A stretch of DNA of 64,000 bases from a virus: IMG/VR virus record IMGVR_UViG_3300025711_000007, positions 1-64,000 of that record; one strand, given 5' to 3'. The translations under genes and the position numbers were made by a program. How positions within the stretch are numbered: the first letter of the stretch is position 1; each line of letters starts with the position of its first letter. The notes under the pieces were generated by a model. It made no database searches and had not been told where the DNA came from. It saw only the letters and a program-made list of their open reading frames with translations. Below are positions 26,172 through 35,049 of the stretch, piece after piece.

Positions 26172-27118
26172 TGGCTCCCCGCATTCTGTCGCCGCTGCAG
26201 CGCCGGCGCATCCAGCAGGCGATCCGCGACGGCCACCTCGCGTTCCTGGCGGAGGTGTTCGGACCCACCGCGATCGACGCGGACGACTACGACCGGCTGC
26301 GCGCCGCCGGCAAGATCCGAGGCGAGAGGCTGATGCCGCAGGACGCCGCGCTGGCCGCCCACGCGATCGGGGCGATCGCCGGGCACGAGCAGGCGGATGG
26401 TCCGTCAGGTGACGGCAGCTTGCTGTCCGCGCCGGACGAGTTCTGGCAACACGTCCGCGACGACCCGCAGGTCATCACGGAGGCCGAGCGCGAGGCCGTG
26501 ACGGTGATCCGCGACCGGGTCGCGCAGTACGTGCGCGGGCTCGGCGACGGCCTCGACGCCGCGGTCGGCCACATACTGATCGACGTCGACGACGAGGCCC
26601 GGAAGGTGCGGTTGGTCCGAGGGGCCGCAGACGAGCGGGCGTCCAAGCAGGTGGTGATCGAGCGGGTCCGGGTGGCGATCAACAACCTCCGGCGGGACTG
26701 GCTCCGCGTCGCCCACACCGAGCTGCACAACGCGGCCGAGTCGGCGAAGGCGGTCGTGCTGGCGGGTCGCGACCCGGCGGTGTTCAAGCGCCCGCACCCG
26801 GACGCCTGCGCGTTCTGCAAGCTGCTGTACTTGAAGCCCGACGGTTTGACGCCGCGCGTGTTCAGGTTGTCCGCGCTCATCGCGAACGGCACGAACGTAG
26901 GTCGGCGAGCTCGCCGGCCGACGAGGTCGGGCAGGTCCCGCACGGAGTGGAAGCCCGTCCTCGGGGCGGTGCACCCGTTCTGCCGGTGCTCCATGAGCGT
27001 CCTGCCTGGTGGCATGGGCTTCGACGCCCACGGCCAGATGGTGTACGTTGGCGTCAAGAAGTCGGTGTCGGTCGAAGCGATCGACAAGGATCTCGTCAAC
27101 CACACCTGCGAGGAGTGA
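26171..27118 (+). CDS. MuF/gp7-like minor head protein
   Basis: RVAHTEL, DACAFC, VHPFCRC. Confidence 0.8.
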   Translation: MAPRILSPLQRRRIQQAIRDGHLAFLAEVFGPTAIDADDYDRLRAAGKIRGERLMPQDAALAAHAIGAIAGHEQADGPSGDGSLLSAPDEFWQHVRDDPQVITEAEREAVTVIRDRVAQYVRGLGDGLDAAVGHILIDVDDEARKVRLVRGAADERASKQVVIERVRVAINNLRRDWLRVAHTELHNAAESAKAVVLAGRDPAVFKRPHPDACAFCKLLYLKPDGLTPRVFRLSALIANGTNVGRRARRPTRSGRSRTEWKPVLGAVHPFCRCSMSVLPGGMGFDAHGQMVYVGVKKSVSVEAIDKDLVNHTCEE

Positions 27119-27123
27119 CACAG

Positions 27124-27702
27124 ATGGCGCGCATCACAGGAACCGTATCGCGCAGCGTACCGCTCGACCCCGTCATCGGCCGCCCGCTGACCCTGTCCGG
27201 CACGTTCGACCTCTTCGTGTCGGGGGCCGAGCTGGCGCGCATCACGCCGACGCTCGAGTCGCTCATCGCCTCGGGCATCATGACGAGCCACAACAGGTAC
27301 CAGGAGAGCGACAGCCTCGTGGCCAACGTCACGGCCCCGATCGTCGACGTCGCGGCGAGCGGCACCGCGACGCCGGCCCCGCTCCAGACCATCTCGATCG
27401 CGGTCCCGGACGCCGCCGGCGACAACACGTACACGTACACGTCGGCGAAGAAGATCGAGGTCGTCGACGTCGTCGTCCACAAGAACGGGGCCGGCGCCGG
27501 CAACACGATCCAGCTACAGGACAACGCCGCCGCCGCGATCTCCGACGCGATCGTCGCCGCCGTCGACAAGGCCGTCACCCGAGCAGGGACGCTGGACCAG
27601 ACCAAGAAGGTCATCAACGCGGGCTCAACGTTCAAGCTCCTCGCCCACCGCGCGGCCGGGACGATGGCGTCCGAGGTGTACCTGGTCGTCATCCTCCGGT
27701 GA
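27124..27702 (+). CDS. putative capsid decoration/structural protein
   Basis: GAGGAG RBS; beta-rich composition. Confidence 0.65.
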   Translation: MARITGTVSRSVPLDPVIGRPLTLSGTFDLFVSGAELARITPTLESLIASGIMTSHNRYQESDSLVANVTAPIVDVAASGTATPAPLQTISIAVPDAAGDNTYTYTSAKKIEVVDVVVHKNGAGAGNTIQLQDNAAAAISDAIVAAVDKAVTRAGTLDQTKKVINAGSTFKLLAHRAAGTMASEVYLVVILR

Positions 27703-27718
27703 GACGGGCGTCCGCCGC

Positions 27719-28579
27719 ATGAGCGAGTTCTCAGACCTCGTAATGCGCGAGAAGCCGCGGAAGCTCGGCAAGGCTCCGGGCGGCAAGAGCGGGGCTTTGC
27801 TCGCGTCGTACGAGGGAGGAGTCAAGGCGATCGTCAAGGTCACCAAGGACAAGCTGCCGAGCGGCCACCGCAAGCAGCGCGGCATCCCGGCCGAGGCTCA
27901 CCCGACGCGGGAGGTCGCGTTCTACAGCGCCGCGCTGATGCTCGGGTACGGAGAGCTCGTGCCGGAGACGGTGCTGACGAGCAAGGCTGTGCCAGGCGCG
28001 ACGGCGTCGGCGCAGCTGTTCGTCCCCGCGCACCAGCTCCACGAGGTCGTGCCGGAGCTGAAGGACCTCGACGCGCCCGACTGGGGGCAGCACCTCGTCG
28101 AGGCGTGCGCCAGGGTACCGAAGGTGTTCTGGAAGCGGCTCCTCATCCTCGACATCCTCGGCGGGGTCCGCGACCGTCACGCGAACAACATCGGCCTGCG
28201 CCTGCGCGTAGTCGACGACCAGCCGGTGTACAGGAACGTCGCTTGGGACAACGCGGTGTCGTTCGGCAAGACGTTTGATCGTTACCACAACGTGTTCCAC
28301 AAGCACTTGTTCCGGAGAGCTGTGGACCTCGGAGAAGAATGGCAATCTGTAGACAAGTTGACCCGCGCTGACCTGCGAGGAGCAGTCGGCATGTACTTGC
28401 AACCAGACGAGCTCGAGCATGCCTACCTGCGCGTGCGGTTCTTCCGCGACTACCCCTACCGATTGCCGTGGCGCGTCTGCAGCAAGGGCAACGACGACCC
28501 GCACGGTTTCCCCGACTACGAGACGTATTTCCGGTCGTGTGTCGGGGGCCCCCGACACACGGCACACGTCGCGGCATGA
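27719..28579 (+). CDS. PI3/4-kinase/HipA-like protein kinase
   Basis: GGKSG, AIVK, REVAFY, LVPETV, DRHANN, WDNAVSFG. Confidence 0.8.
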   Translation: MSEFSDLVMREKPRKLGKAPGGKSGALLASYEGGVKAIVKVTKDKLPSGHRKQRGIPAEAHPTREVAFYSAALMLGYGELVPETVLTSKAVPGATASAQLFVPAHQLHEVVPELKDLDAPDWGQHLVEACARVPKVFWKRLLILDILGGVRDRHANNIGLRLRVVDDQPVYRNVAWDNAVSFGKTFDRYHNVFHKHLFRRAVDLGEEWQSVDKLTRADLRGAVGMYLQPDELEHAYLRVRFFRDYPYRLPWRVCSKGNDDPHGFPDYETYFRSCVGGPRHTAHVAA

Positions 28580-28612
28580 ACTTCGTGTATATTCAACCCG
28601 TGGTGACCCGAG

Positions 28613-29359
28613 ATGCGTGAGCGCGACCATGTCGACCGCCTCCTGGAGAGCGACGACTTCTGCGTGTGGACTCCCATCGACACCACGCTGATAGAGAAGT
28701 CAGCCAAGGCGGGCGTCGACGTCGAAGCGACGCGCCCGATCGGCGGGTGGTGCTCGACGGAGAACATCGACAGGCAAGAGGAAGTGGTCGTTGCCAAGGG
28801 GCTCGACTTCTCCGAGTTCGTGCAGTTCGGGTACTTCAACGACAACCACCGGCAAGACACCGCGTCGGTGCTCGGGTACCCGAGGCTCGCCAAGCTCCAC
28901 AAGGCGGGGTGGTGGACCGAAGGTAACCTGCTGCCTGGTTACCCGCCGGCGGACCGCGTGTGGGAGCTGGCCAAGGCGCTCGCGAAGTCGCGGGCCCCCC
29001 GCAGCCTCGGGTTCTCCATCGAGGGCAAGGTGCTGGAGAGGGACGGAGGATCGCGCATCGTGAGGGCGAAGGTGCGCAACGTCGCCATCACCAACGCTCC
29101 GGTCAACACCGACTGTACGTGGTCCATCTTGTCAAAAGCGTTCTCCTCGGCGGGCCGGGTGGAGACCGCGGCTCGCAAGGCTATGGCAGAAAACCGGACG
29201 ATGGGGCAGAGTCAGGGGGGCCACAGCGTGAGCAGCATCATCCACCAGCGCAACGTGGTCCTCAGCTTCGACGAGGCGGTCGACCGCGTGCGGAGGATCC
29301 ACCCGCACCTCAGCAAAAGCGCGTGCGCGCGCGTTGTCCGCTTCGCGGCGCGTCGCTAG
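28613..29359 (+). CDS. prohead protease
   Basis: STENIDRQEEVV, GYFNDNH, GFSIEG, NVAITNAPVN. Confidence 0.9.
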   Translation: MRERDHVDRLLESDDFCVWTPIDTTLIEKSAKAGVDVEATRPIGGWCSTENIDRQEEVVVAKGLDFSEFVQFGYFNDNHRQDTASVLGYPRLAKLHKAGWWTEGNLLPGYPPADRVWELAKALAKSRAPRSLGFSIEGKVLERDGGSRIVRAKVRNVAITNAPVNTDCTWSILSKAFSSAGRVETAARKAMAENRTMGQSQGGHSVSSIIHQRNVVLSFDEAVDRVRRIHPHLSKSACARVVRFAARR

Positions 29360-29371
29360 GAGATCCGAACC

Positions 29372-29704
29372 ATGCCTGCCACCAAGAACACGTTCTCGCC
29401 GCGCCCCTGGCAGAGCCAGCAGGACGGCAACGTCCACACGGGCGTCGTGTCCGTCACGGGGTCCGCCGTGGTTGACCTCGGGATCGGTCACGGCAACTTC
29501 GTCCCCTGCGTCAGCTTGCAGGGTTCGACGGCGGCGATCGCAAACGCGGCGGCCAACGTGACGTGGTCGTACGGGCCGCAGCCGGGTCAGTTCACGATCT
29601 CCACGTGGAAGGCGACCGCCGCCGGCACCACCACGTTGATCGCCGCCACCGCGGCGGTCAGCGTGTCGTTCATCGCGTTCGCCGATAGTTCGGCGGGAAT
29701 TTAG
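29372..29704 (+). CDS. putative structural protein
   Basis: AGGAG RBS, in head operon. Confidence 0.7.
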   Translation: MPATKNTFSPRPWQSQQDGNVHTGVVSVTGSAVVDLGIGHGNFVPCVSLQGSTAAIANAAANVTWSYGPQPGQFTISTWKATAAGTTTLIAATAAVSVSFIAFADSSAGI

Positions 29705-29718
29705 AGAAGGAGACGGAT

Positions 29719-30072
29719 ATGGGTAAGAACAACGTCATCCCGAACTTCGCCGACGTGCAATTGGCGAAGGTGAACAGGAACGAGTCCCTCACCGTGCCAG
29801 ACACCATCCAGGCGGCGTCTCCCAGCGGGATCTCGTCGGGGTTGTCGCCGGCGACGCTGTTCGACAGCAAGCGCGCCACTGTCGGCGGCGCCATCTACGC
29901 TGCCTACAGCGACGCAGCGGGGCCCGCGAGCGACGACTTCCAGTACAACCTCAACCCCGGCGACGTGGTCGCGGTGAGCAACGCCGCCTCGGCGCTCGTG
30001 ACGGTTAACGGGAACCTCGTCTACACGATCGCGAACACCAACGTCGCCGGCGTCCTCCTCTACTACGTGTAG
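29719..30072 (+). CDS. putative structural protein
   Basis: AAGGAG RBS, in head operon. Confidence 0.7.
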   Translation: MGKNNVIPNFADVQLAKVNRNESLTVPDTIQAASPSGISSGLSPATLFDSKRATVGGAIYAAYSDAAGPASDDFQYNLNPGDVVAVSNAASALVTVNGNLVYTIANTNVAGVLLYYV

Positions 30073-30120
30073 AGGACCCGTCCGACCGCCGCCTCCTCCA
30101 TCGCGCGTTAAGGAACTGAC

Positions 30121-31131
30121 ATGGCAAAGACCAAGATCGCTGAGGGCAAGCTCCTCAAGGCCATCGCCGAGCTCGAGGCGGTCACGAAGGGTGACCCGCT
30201 GGAGGAGGCGGACCCCGAAGGCGGGTTGTCCACCGAGGGTGAGCCGCTCTCCGACGGGGCTCCTCGCGGGCGCGGCGACGCGACCAAGAAGTCGCGCCGG
30301 GCGAGCGCGAGTTCCCCGTTCGGGTCCAGGTCGTCGAGCTCGGCGTCTTCGGACGCGAGCTCGGACGATGGCGACGACGCCGACGCGATGTCGCCCCAGA
30401 AGCCCATCCCGAAGAAGGGAAAGAAGGTCAGCAAGGCCGCCCCGCCGCCGGCCGAGAGCAGCGAGTCGGACAGCGACGACGACTCCAGCGCCGGGTCCAG
30501 CGACTCCGACGATTCCGACGATGCGGACAAGTCGTTTCGCGACGCGGCCGAGGGCGACGAGGTGATGTCCAAGGGGCTCGTCGTCAACGAGTTCCTGGAG
30601 GCGATGGTCGACCAGATCAGCCTGGCGCTGTTCAACGTCCAGAAGTCGATGGCGAAGTCGCTCAAGGCGATGGAGCAGCGTCTCCAGTCCCACATCGACG
30701 ACCGCGTCGCCAAGAGCGCGGCGGGTCAGGGCGACTTCAATGCCCGCCTCGCGAAGGCGGTCGCGGCGATCGGCAACACCGTGCAGGGCGAGCTGCTCGG
30801 CATGGCGGACATGGTCAAGTCGATGGCCAACCAGCCGGTGTCCGGCCCGCGTGGCAAGGCGGTGCTGAGCAAGGGAGAGGTCAACGCGCCGCCGTGGAGC
30901 GGGCCGTCGGCAGTCAACGCCGACCAGCGGATGGCGAGCGGGTCGGGCGGGGACTACGTCGCGGAGCTGAGCGAGCTGTCCCCCGAGGCGATCGGGGACT
31001 GGCTGTTCAAGAAGTCGGCGAGCCAGGCCGTGGACCCGCGGGTCATCATGGCCTGGGAAGCGGATCGCTACAACGTCGAGGTGTTGCCTGTGCAGATCCG
31101 CAAGGCCATCGCCAACGACCTCATCAAGTAA
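30121..31131 (+). CDS. scaffold-like protein
   Basis: acidic/Ser low complexity plus coiled coil, many K-[SA] motifs, directly before capsid gene. Confidence 0.7.
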   Translation: MAKTKIAEGKLLKAIAELEAVTKGDPLEEADPEGGLSTEGEPLSDGAPRGRGDATKKSRRASASSPFGSRSSSSASSDASSDDGDDADAMSPQKPIPKKGKKVSKAAPPPAESSESDSDDDSSAGSSDSDDSDDADKSFRDAAEGDEVMSKGLVVNEFLEAMVDQISLALFNVQKSMAKSLKAMEQRLQSHIDDRVAKSAAGQGDFNARLAKAVAAIGNTVQGELLGMADMVKSMANQPVSGPRGKAVLSKGEVNAPPWSGPSAVNADQRMASGSGGDYVAELSELSPEAIGDWLFKKSASQAVDPRVIMAWEADRYNVEVLPVQIRKAIANDLIK

Positions 31132-31151
31132 GTAGAAGGGAGGCGCCCGAA

Positions 31152-32552
31152 ATGATCTCGATGAAGGACTACGAGGGTTACCACGGCTTCGGGCAGCTCG
31201 CCCAAGTCGAGGTTGACGAGCTGAGCAAGGCGCTCAGCTCTGGTTACCAGAATCCGCCCGTCTCCGGCTCCAACGCGCTGCGCGTCGAGTCGCTGGAGCA
31301 GACGCTGCGGATCCTGACGTTCACGCAGGCGCACGTCCAGTTCTGGCGGGACATCCCGAAGCTGCCCGCCTTCTCGACGGTCGAGGAGTACAACGTCCAG
31401 ACGTCGTACGGCTCGGAGGGTGGCATGTTCACCCGCGCCGGCGAGCTGCCGCAGGTCCAGGACGCGTCGTACGAGCGCCGCACGGCGCTCGTGAAGTACG
31501 TGACCACGCAGCGCGAGGTCGACCACCCGACGACGCTCGTCCGGCCCGCCCACGGCAACGTGGTCGCGCAGGAGACCCAGAACGGCGGCGTCTGGATCCT
31601 GGAGCGCGTCGAGCGCGCCCTGTACACGGGCCGCAGCGACGTCATCACCGAGGCGTGGGACGGTCTCGACCAGCAGATCCGCAGCGACCCGAGCGCGGCG
31701 AACGTGGCGATCATCGACCTCCGCGGCGGCATCTTGACGGAGGACAACGTCGAGGACGCCACCAACCGCGTCATCGAGAACTACGGCGTGCCGACCGACC
31801 TCTACGCCGCGCCGAAGGCGCTGTCGTCGATGGTCAAGCAGTTCTACCCGCGCGAGCGGTTCAACATGCCCGCGCCGGTCGACGGCGTCGTCGGCATGTC
31901 GGTCAACCGGATCCGCACGCAGGCGGGCCTGATCAACCTGAAGGGCAACATCTTCCTCCGCTCGGGGAAGAACAACTCGGTGAAGAACGCGCCCGCCGCG
32001 GCCAACTCGGTGCGGGCCCCGGTGGTGCCGAGCGCCTCGGCCGCGAACACCGCCGGCCCGATCGCCGCGTCGCTGTTCGGGGCCGGAGACGTCGGCACGT
32101 GGCGCTACCGCGTCACCGCGGTCAACCGCTTCGGCGAGTCCGCCGCCAGCACCGTGACGACCGCGGCGATCGCCGCCGCGCTCGACGAGATCACGGTGAC
32201 GATCACCAACAACGCCGACAGCAGCGACCCGACGACCGGGTACAACATCTACCGCTGCCCGACGGTGGGCGGCGGGGTGGGCACCGAGCAGTACCTGACC
32301 CAGGTGCCGCGCGTCGCCGGCGCGGCGACGACGGCGTTCGTCGACGCGAACCGCTTCCTGCCGAACACGAGCCGCGCCTACCTCAAGCAGATGAACCTGC
32401 AGGCGATCTCGTTCCGCCAGCTGGCGCCGATGATGAAGATCCCGCTGGCGACCATCGCGCTCAGCATCCGGTGGGCGATGCTCCTGTACGGGATGCCGAT
32501 CGTCTACGCGACGCGCAAGTTTACGATCTTCGACAACGTCGGCGACGAGTAG
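31152..32552 (+). CDS. major capsid protein (Herelleviridae-like)
   Basis: ELSKALSSGY, ALRVESLEQTL, STVEEY, YGVPTDLY, insertion YRVTAVNRFGESAAS, APMMKIPLA. Confidence 0.92.
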   Translation: MISMKDYEGYHGFGQLAQVEVDELSKALSSGYQNPPVSGSNALRVESLEQTLRILTFTQAHVQFWRDIPKLPAFSTVEEYNVQTSYGSEGGMFTRAGELPQVQDASYERRTALVKYVTTQREVDHPTTLVRPAHGNVVAQETQNGGVWILERVERALYTGRSDVITEAWDGLDQQIRSDPSAANVAIIDLRGGILTEDNVEDATNRVIENYGVPTDLYAAPKALSSMVKQFYPRERFNMPAPVDGVVGMSVNRIRTQAGLINLKGNIFLRSGKNNSVKNAPAAANSVRAPVVPSASAANTAGPIAASLFGAGDVGTWRYRVTAVNRFGESAASTVTTAAIAAALDEITVTITNNADSSDPTTGYNIYRCPTVGGGVGTEQYLTQVPRVAGAATTAFVDANRFLPNTSRAYLKQMNLQAISFRQLAPMMKIPLATIALSIRWAMLLYGMPIVYATRKFTIFDNVGDE

Positions 32553-32566
32553 TATCATCGTCTGCG

Positions 32567-33082
32567 ATGGTGATCGCAGACGATGATAAAGATGATAAGC
32601 CGGTGACGTTGTTGGTCCGTCAGTTGACCGACCGGATCCGCCGGCGCGGGTCCGACCAGCTGGTCAACTTGCCGATCGTGGACGGGATCGACATCGGCGA
32701 CGTGTACCCCGTCTGCGACGTCCTCCCGCAGGACCCGACCGACGAGCAGTTCGACGACCTCGCCGTCCGGGCGTCCTCCTTCATGGAGGACGTCCACCGG
32801 CTGCACGTCGAGCAGCGGGCGGCGCGCGGCGACTCGATCGCGGCGGCGTGCGTGCCTCTCAGCATACCCATCTTCCACCGAGGACGTCTCCGGGAGGCCA
32901 AGGCGGCGGACGCGGCGCCGCAGCAGATGGCGAGCATCAAGGAGCGGGAGACGCTCTGCATATTCCACTTGCGCGTCCCGCTGTGGCGCGGGTACACGTG
33001 GGCCGGGCAGGCCGCGGCGATCGACGTCGTCGCTCGCCGGCACGGTCTCCGCTGCGTTGACCAGGGCCGCATCCCCGAGTAG
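32567..33082 (+). CDS. hypothetical protein with own promoter (moron-like)
   Basis: TCGACA-17-TATCAT-8-ATG. Confidence 0.6.
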   Translation: MVIADDDKDDKPVTLLVRQLTDRIRRRGSDQLVNLPIVDGIDIGDVYPVCDVLPQDPTDEQFDDLAVRASSFMEDVHRLHVEQRAARGDSIAAACVPLSIPIFHRGRLREAKAADAAPQQMASIKERETLCIFHLRVPLWRGYTWAGQAAAIDVVARRHGLRCVDQGRIPE

Positions 33083-33142
33083 CCGGGCGCGCCCGCATTC
33101 GGCAGTTGACCGGGCCCCCGGGACCGGCCGATCATCGCGGGC

Positions 33143-33583
33143 ATGCCGCTCGCCAACGCCGCGATGGTCGACATCCTCAAGCTGCTGCTCAACAACACGA
33201 CGTGGGCCGGGATCGGCGACACCACCGGGATCGTCGGGTCCGGCGCGGCGGGGTCGCTGTTCCTGAGCCTGCACACGTCGACGCCCGGCGCGGCCGGGGA
33301 CCAGACCACGAACGAGATCAGTTACACCGGGTACGCGCGCGTCGCGGTGGCGCGGACGTCCGGCGGCTGGGTCGCCACGTCCAACCCGGCGACGCTGGCG
33401 GCGACCGTGAGCTGGCCGCAGATGACCGCCGGCACCGGCGGCACGGCGACGTTCGTCGGGCTCGGCAAGTCGTCGAGCGGGGCCGGCGAGCTGATAGCGT
33501 TCGGGGCGATCTCCCCGACCATCCCGGTGAGCAACGGCGTCACGCCGCAGCTCACCACGGCGACCACGTTCACCCTGTCCTGA
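33143..33583 (+). CDS. virion structural (fibre/collar-type) protein
   Basis: LSLHTSTPG...NEISYTGYARVAV motif. Confidence 0.8.
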   Translation: MPLANAAMVDILKLLLNNTTWAGIGDTTGIVGSGAAGSLFLSLHTSTPGAAGDQTTNEISYTGYARVAVARTSGGWVATSNPATLAATVSWPQMTAGTGGTATFVGLGKSSSGAGELIAFGAISPTIPVSNGVTPQLTTATTFTLS

Positions 33584-33595
33584 AGGAGGATTTTC

Positions 33596-33928
33596 GTGGC
33601 GATATTCATCGACCAGATGGTGGTCCACGTCGTCGGGTCCGGCGACGACACCCGCCCGCCGGGGATCACCGGGGACTCGTGGTGTCACGCGGTGTCCACC
33701 ACGGACCTCCTCGAGCTGGAGCTGTTCTTGACCACCAACGCGGCCACGATCCTGTGCCCGCCGACCAACATCAGGACCCCGCTGCTCGGCAGCCGGCAGA
33801 CCTACGTCGGCCTCAACCAGGTGCAGCTCGCCGCGGCGATCGCCGCCGGTGCGTCGCCGCGGCGCCAGATCACGACCGCGACCTCCGGGTTCGACTCCCC
33901 GGGGACCACCCCGTACTACGAGCCGTGA
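33596..33928 (+). CDS. hypothetical protein
   Basis: GGAGG RBS. Confidence 0.7.
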   Translation: MAIFIDQMVVHVVGSGDDTRPPGITGDSWCHAVSTTDLLELELFLTTNAATILCPPTNIRTPLLGSRQTYVGLNQVQLAAAIAAGASPRRQITTATSGFDSPGTTPYYEP

Positions 33929-33931
33929 GCG

Positions 33932-34558
33932 GTGGCGTCCGCGTCGTCGACGTTCACCGGCACGGAGAACCCGCTCAGCGAGGGCGGGGCCTGGGCCACG
34001 CCGTCCGCCTTCTGGGGCTCCCTGCGCAAGGCCAACGGGGCCGGCGTCGCGGCGGTGAACACCGAGAGCGGGATGCGGTACGTCGCGGCGACGTTCACCG
34101 CTAACCAGTTCTCGCAGATCGTGCTCGCGTCGGTGCCGGCCGGCGCGCAGCTCTACTTCCAGTACGTCAACGTCCGGATGAACGCGACGGCCGGTCTGTA
34201 CCAGGTCGCGACGTCGTCCGAGACCGGGCCGAACATCCTGCAGCTGTACGTCGTGTCGGACGCCGGCGCGTTCACGCAGATCGGGGCGGACATCACGACG
34301 CCGTCGAACCTGGCCGCCGGCAACGTGGTCCGGCTCGAGGTGGTCGGCACGACGCTGACGGTCAAGGTCGACCAGGGGAGCGGGTTGACCACGCTGCGCA
34401 CCGCGACGGACTCGACGTTCTCGACCGGGCAGCCTGGGCTCGGAGGGTGGGCGCAGTCCGGATCCGACGTCCTGTTCACCACGAGCTGGTCGGCCGGCGA
34501 CGTCGGCGGGCCTCCGCCGTTCACGGGCCGGACGCCGAGCTACATGTTCTCCATCTGA
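33932..34558 (+). CDS. beta-sandwich/lectin-like structural protein
   Basis: VRLEVVGTTLTVKV...TDSTFSTGQPG. Confidence 0.65.
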   Translation: MASASSTFTGTENPLSEGGAWATPSAFWGSLRKANGAGVAAVNTESGMRYVAATFTANQFSQIVLASVPAGAQLYFQYVNVRMNATAGLYQVATSSETGPNILQLYVVSDAGAFTQIGADITTPSNLAAGNVVRLEVVGTTLTVKVDQGSGLTTLRTATDSTFSTGQPGLGGWAQSGSDVLFTTSWSAGDVGGPPPFTGRTPSYMFSI

Positions 34559-34571
34559 AGGAGGGTGCGCG

Positions 34572-35042
34572 ATGCCTCGCTGCTACACCGTTAACCTGAC
34601 GCCGACCTCGATCTCAGCCGCGACGGTCGACCTGATCGCGGTGCGCGCCGGGACCGACGTCCCGATCAAGGTCCGCGCGCTCCGCGTCTGGCAGACCAGC
34701 GACTTCGGGGACGCGCAGGACGAGGTCGTCACCCTCCAGCTCGTCCGCGGCAACACGACCGCCGGGTCCGGCGCGACCCCCCCGACGCCGGTGCCGAAGG
34801 ACAAGAAGGACGCGGCGGCGAGCTTCACCGCGCGCACCGCTGACTCGACCGCGGCGAGCGCCGGCACGACGGACGTCCCGTACACCACCGGGTGGAACGT
34901 GCGCGCGCCGTTCGAGATGATATTCCCCGACGAGATGATGGCGCGCGGCGACCAGGCCGGCGGGTTCATCGTGCTCCGGCTCGGGGCGGCGCCGACCGAC
35001 GCGCTGGTGATCGGCGCGTCGATGGACGTCATCGAGGGCTGA
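34572..35042 (+). CDS. putative structural protein
   Basis: GGAGGG RBS, in structural operon. Confidence 0.7.
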   Translation: MPRCYTVNLTPTSISAATVDLIAVRAGTDVPIKVRALRVWQTSDFGDAQDEVVTLQLVRGNTTAGSGATPPTPVPKDKKDAAASFTARTADSTAASAGTTDVPYTTGWNVRAPFEMIFPDEMMARGDQAGGFIVLRLGAAPTDALVIGASMDVIEG

Positions 35043-35049
35043 CCCTGTC

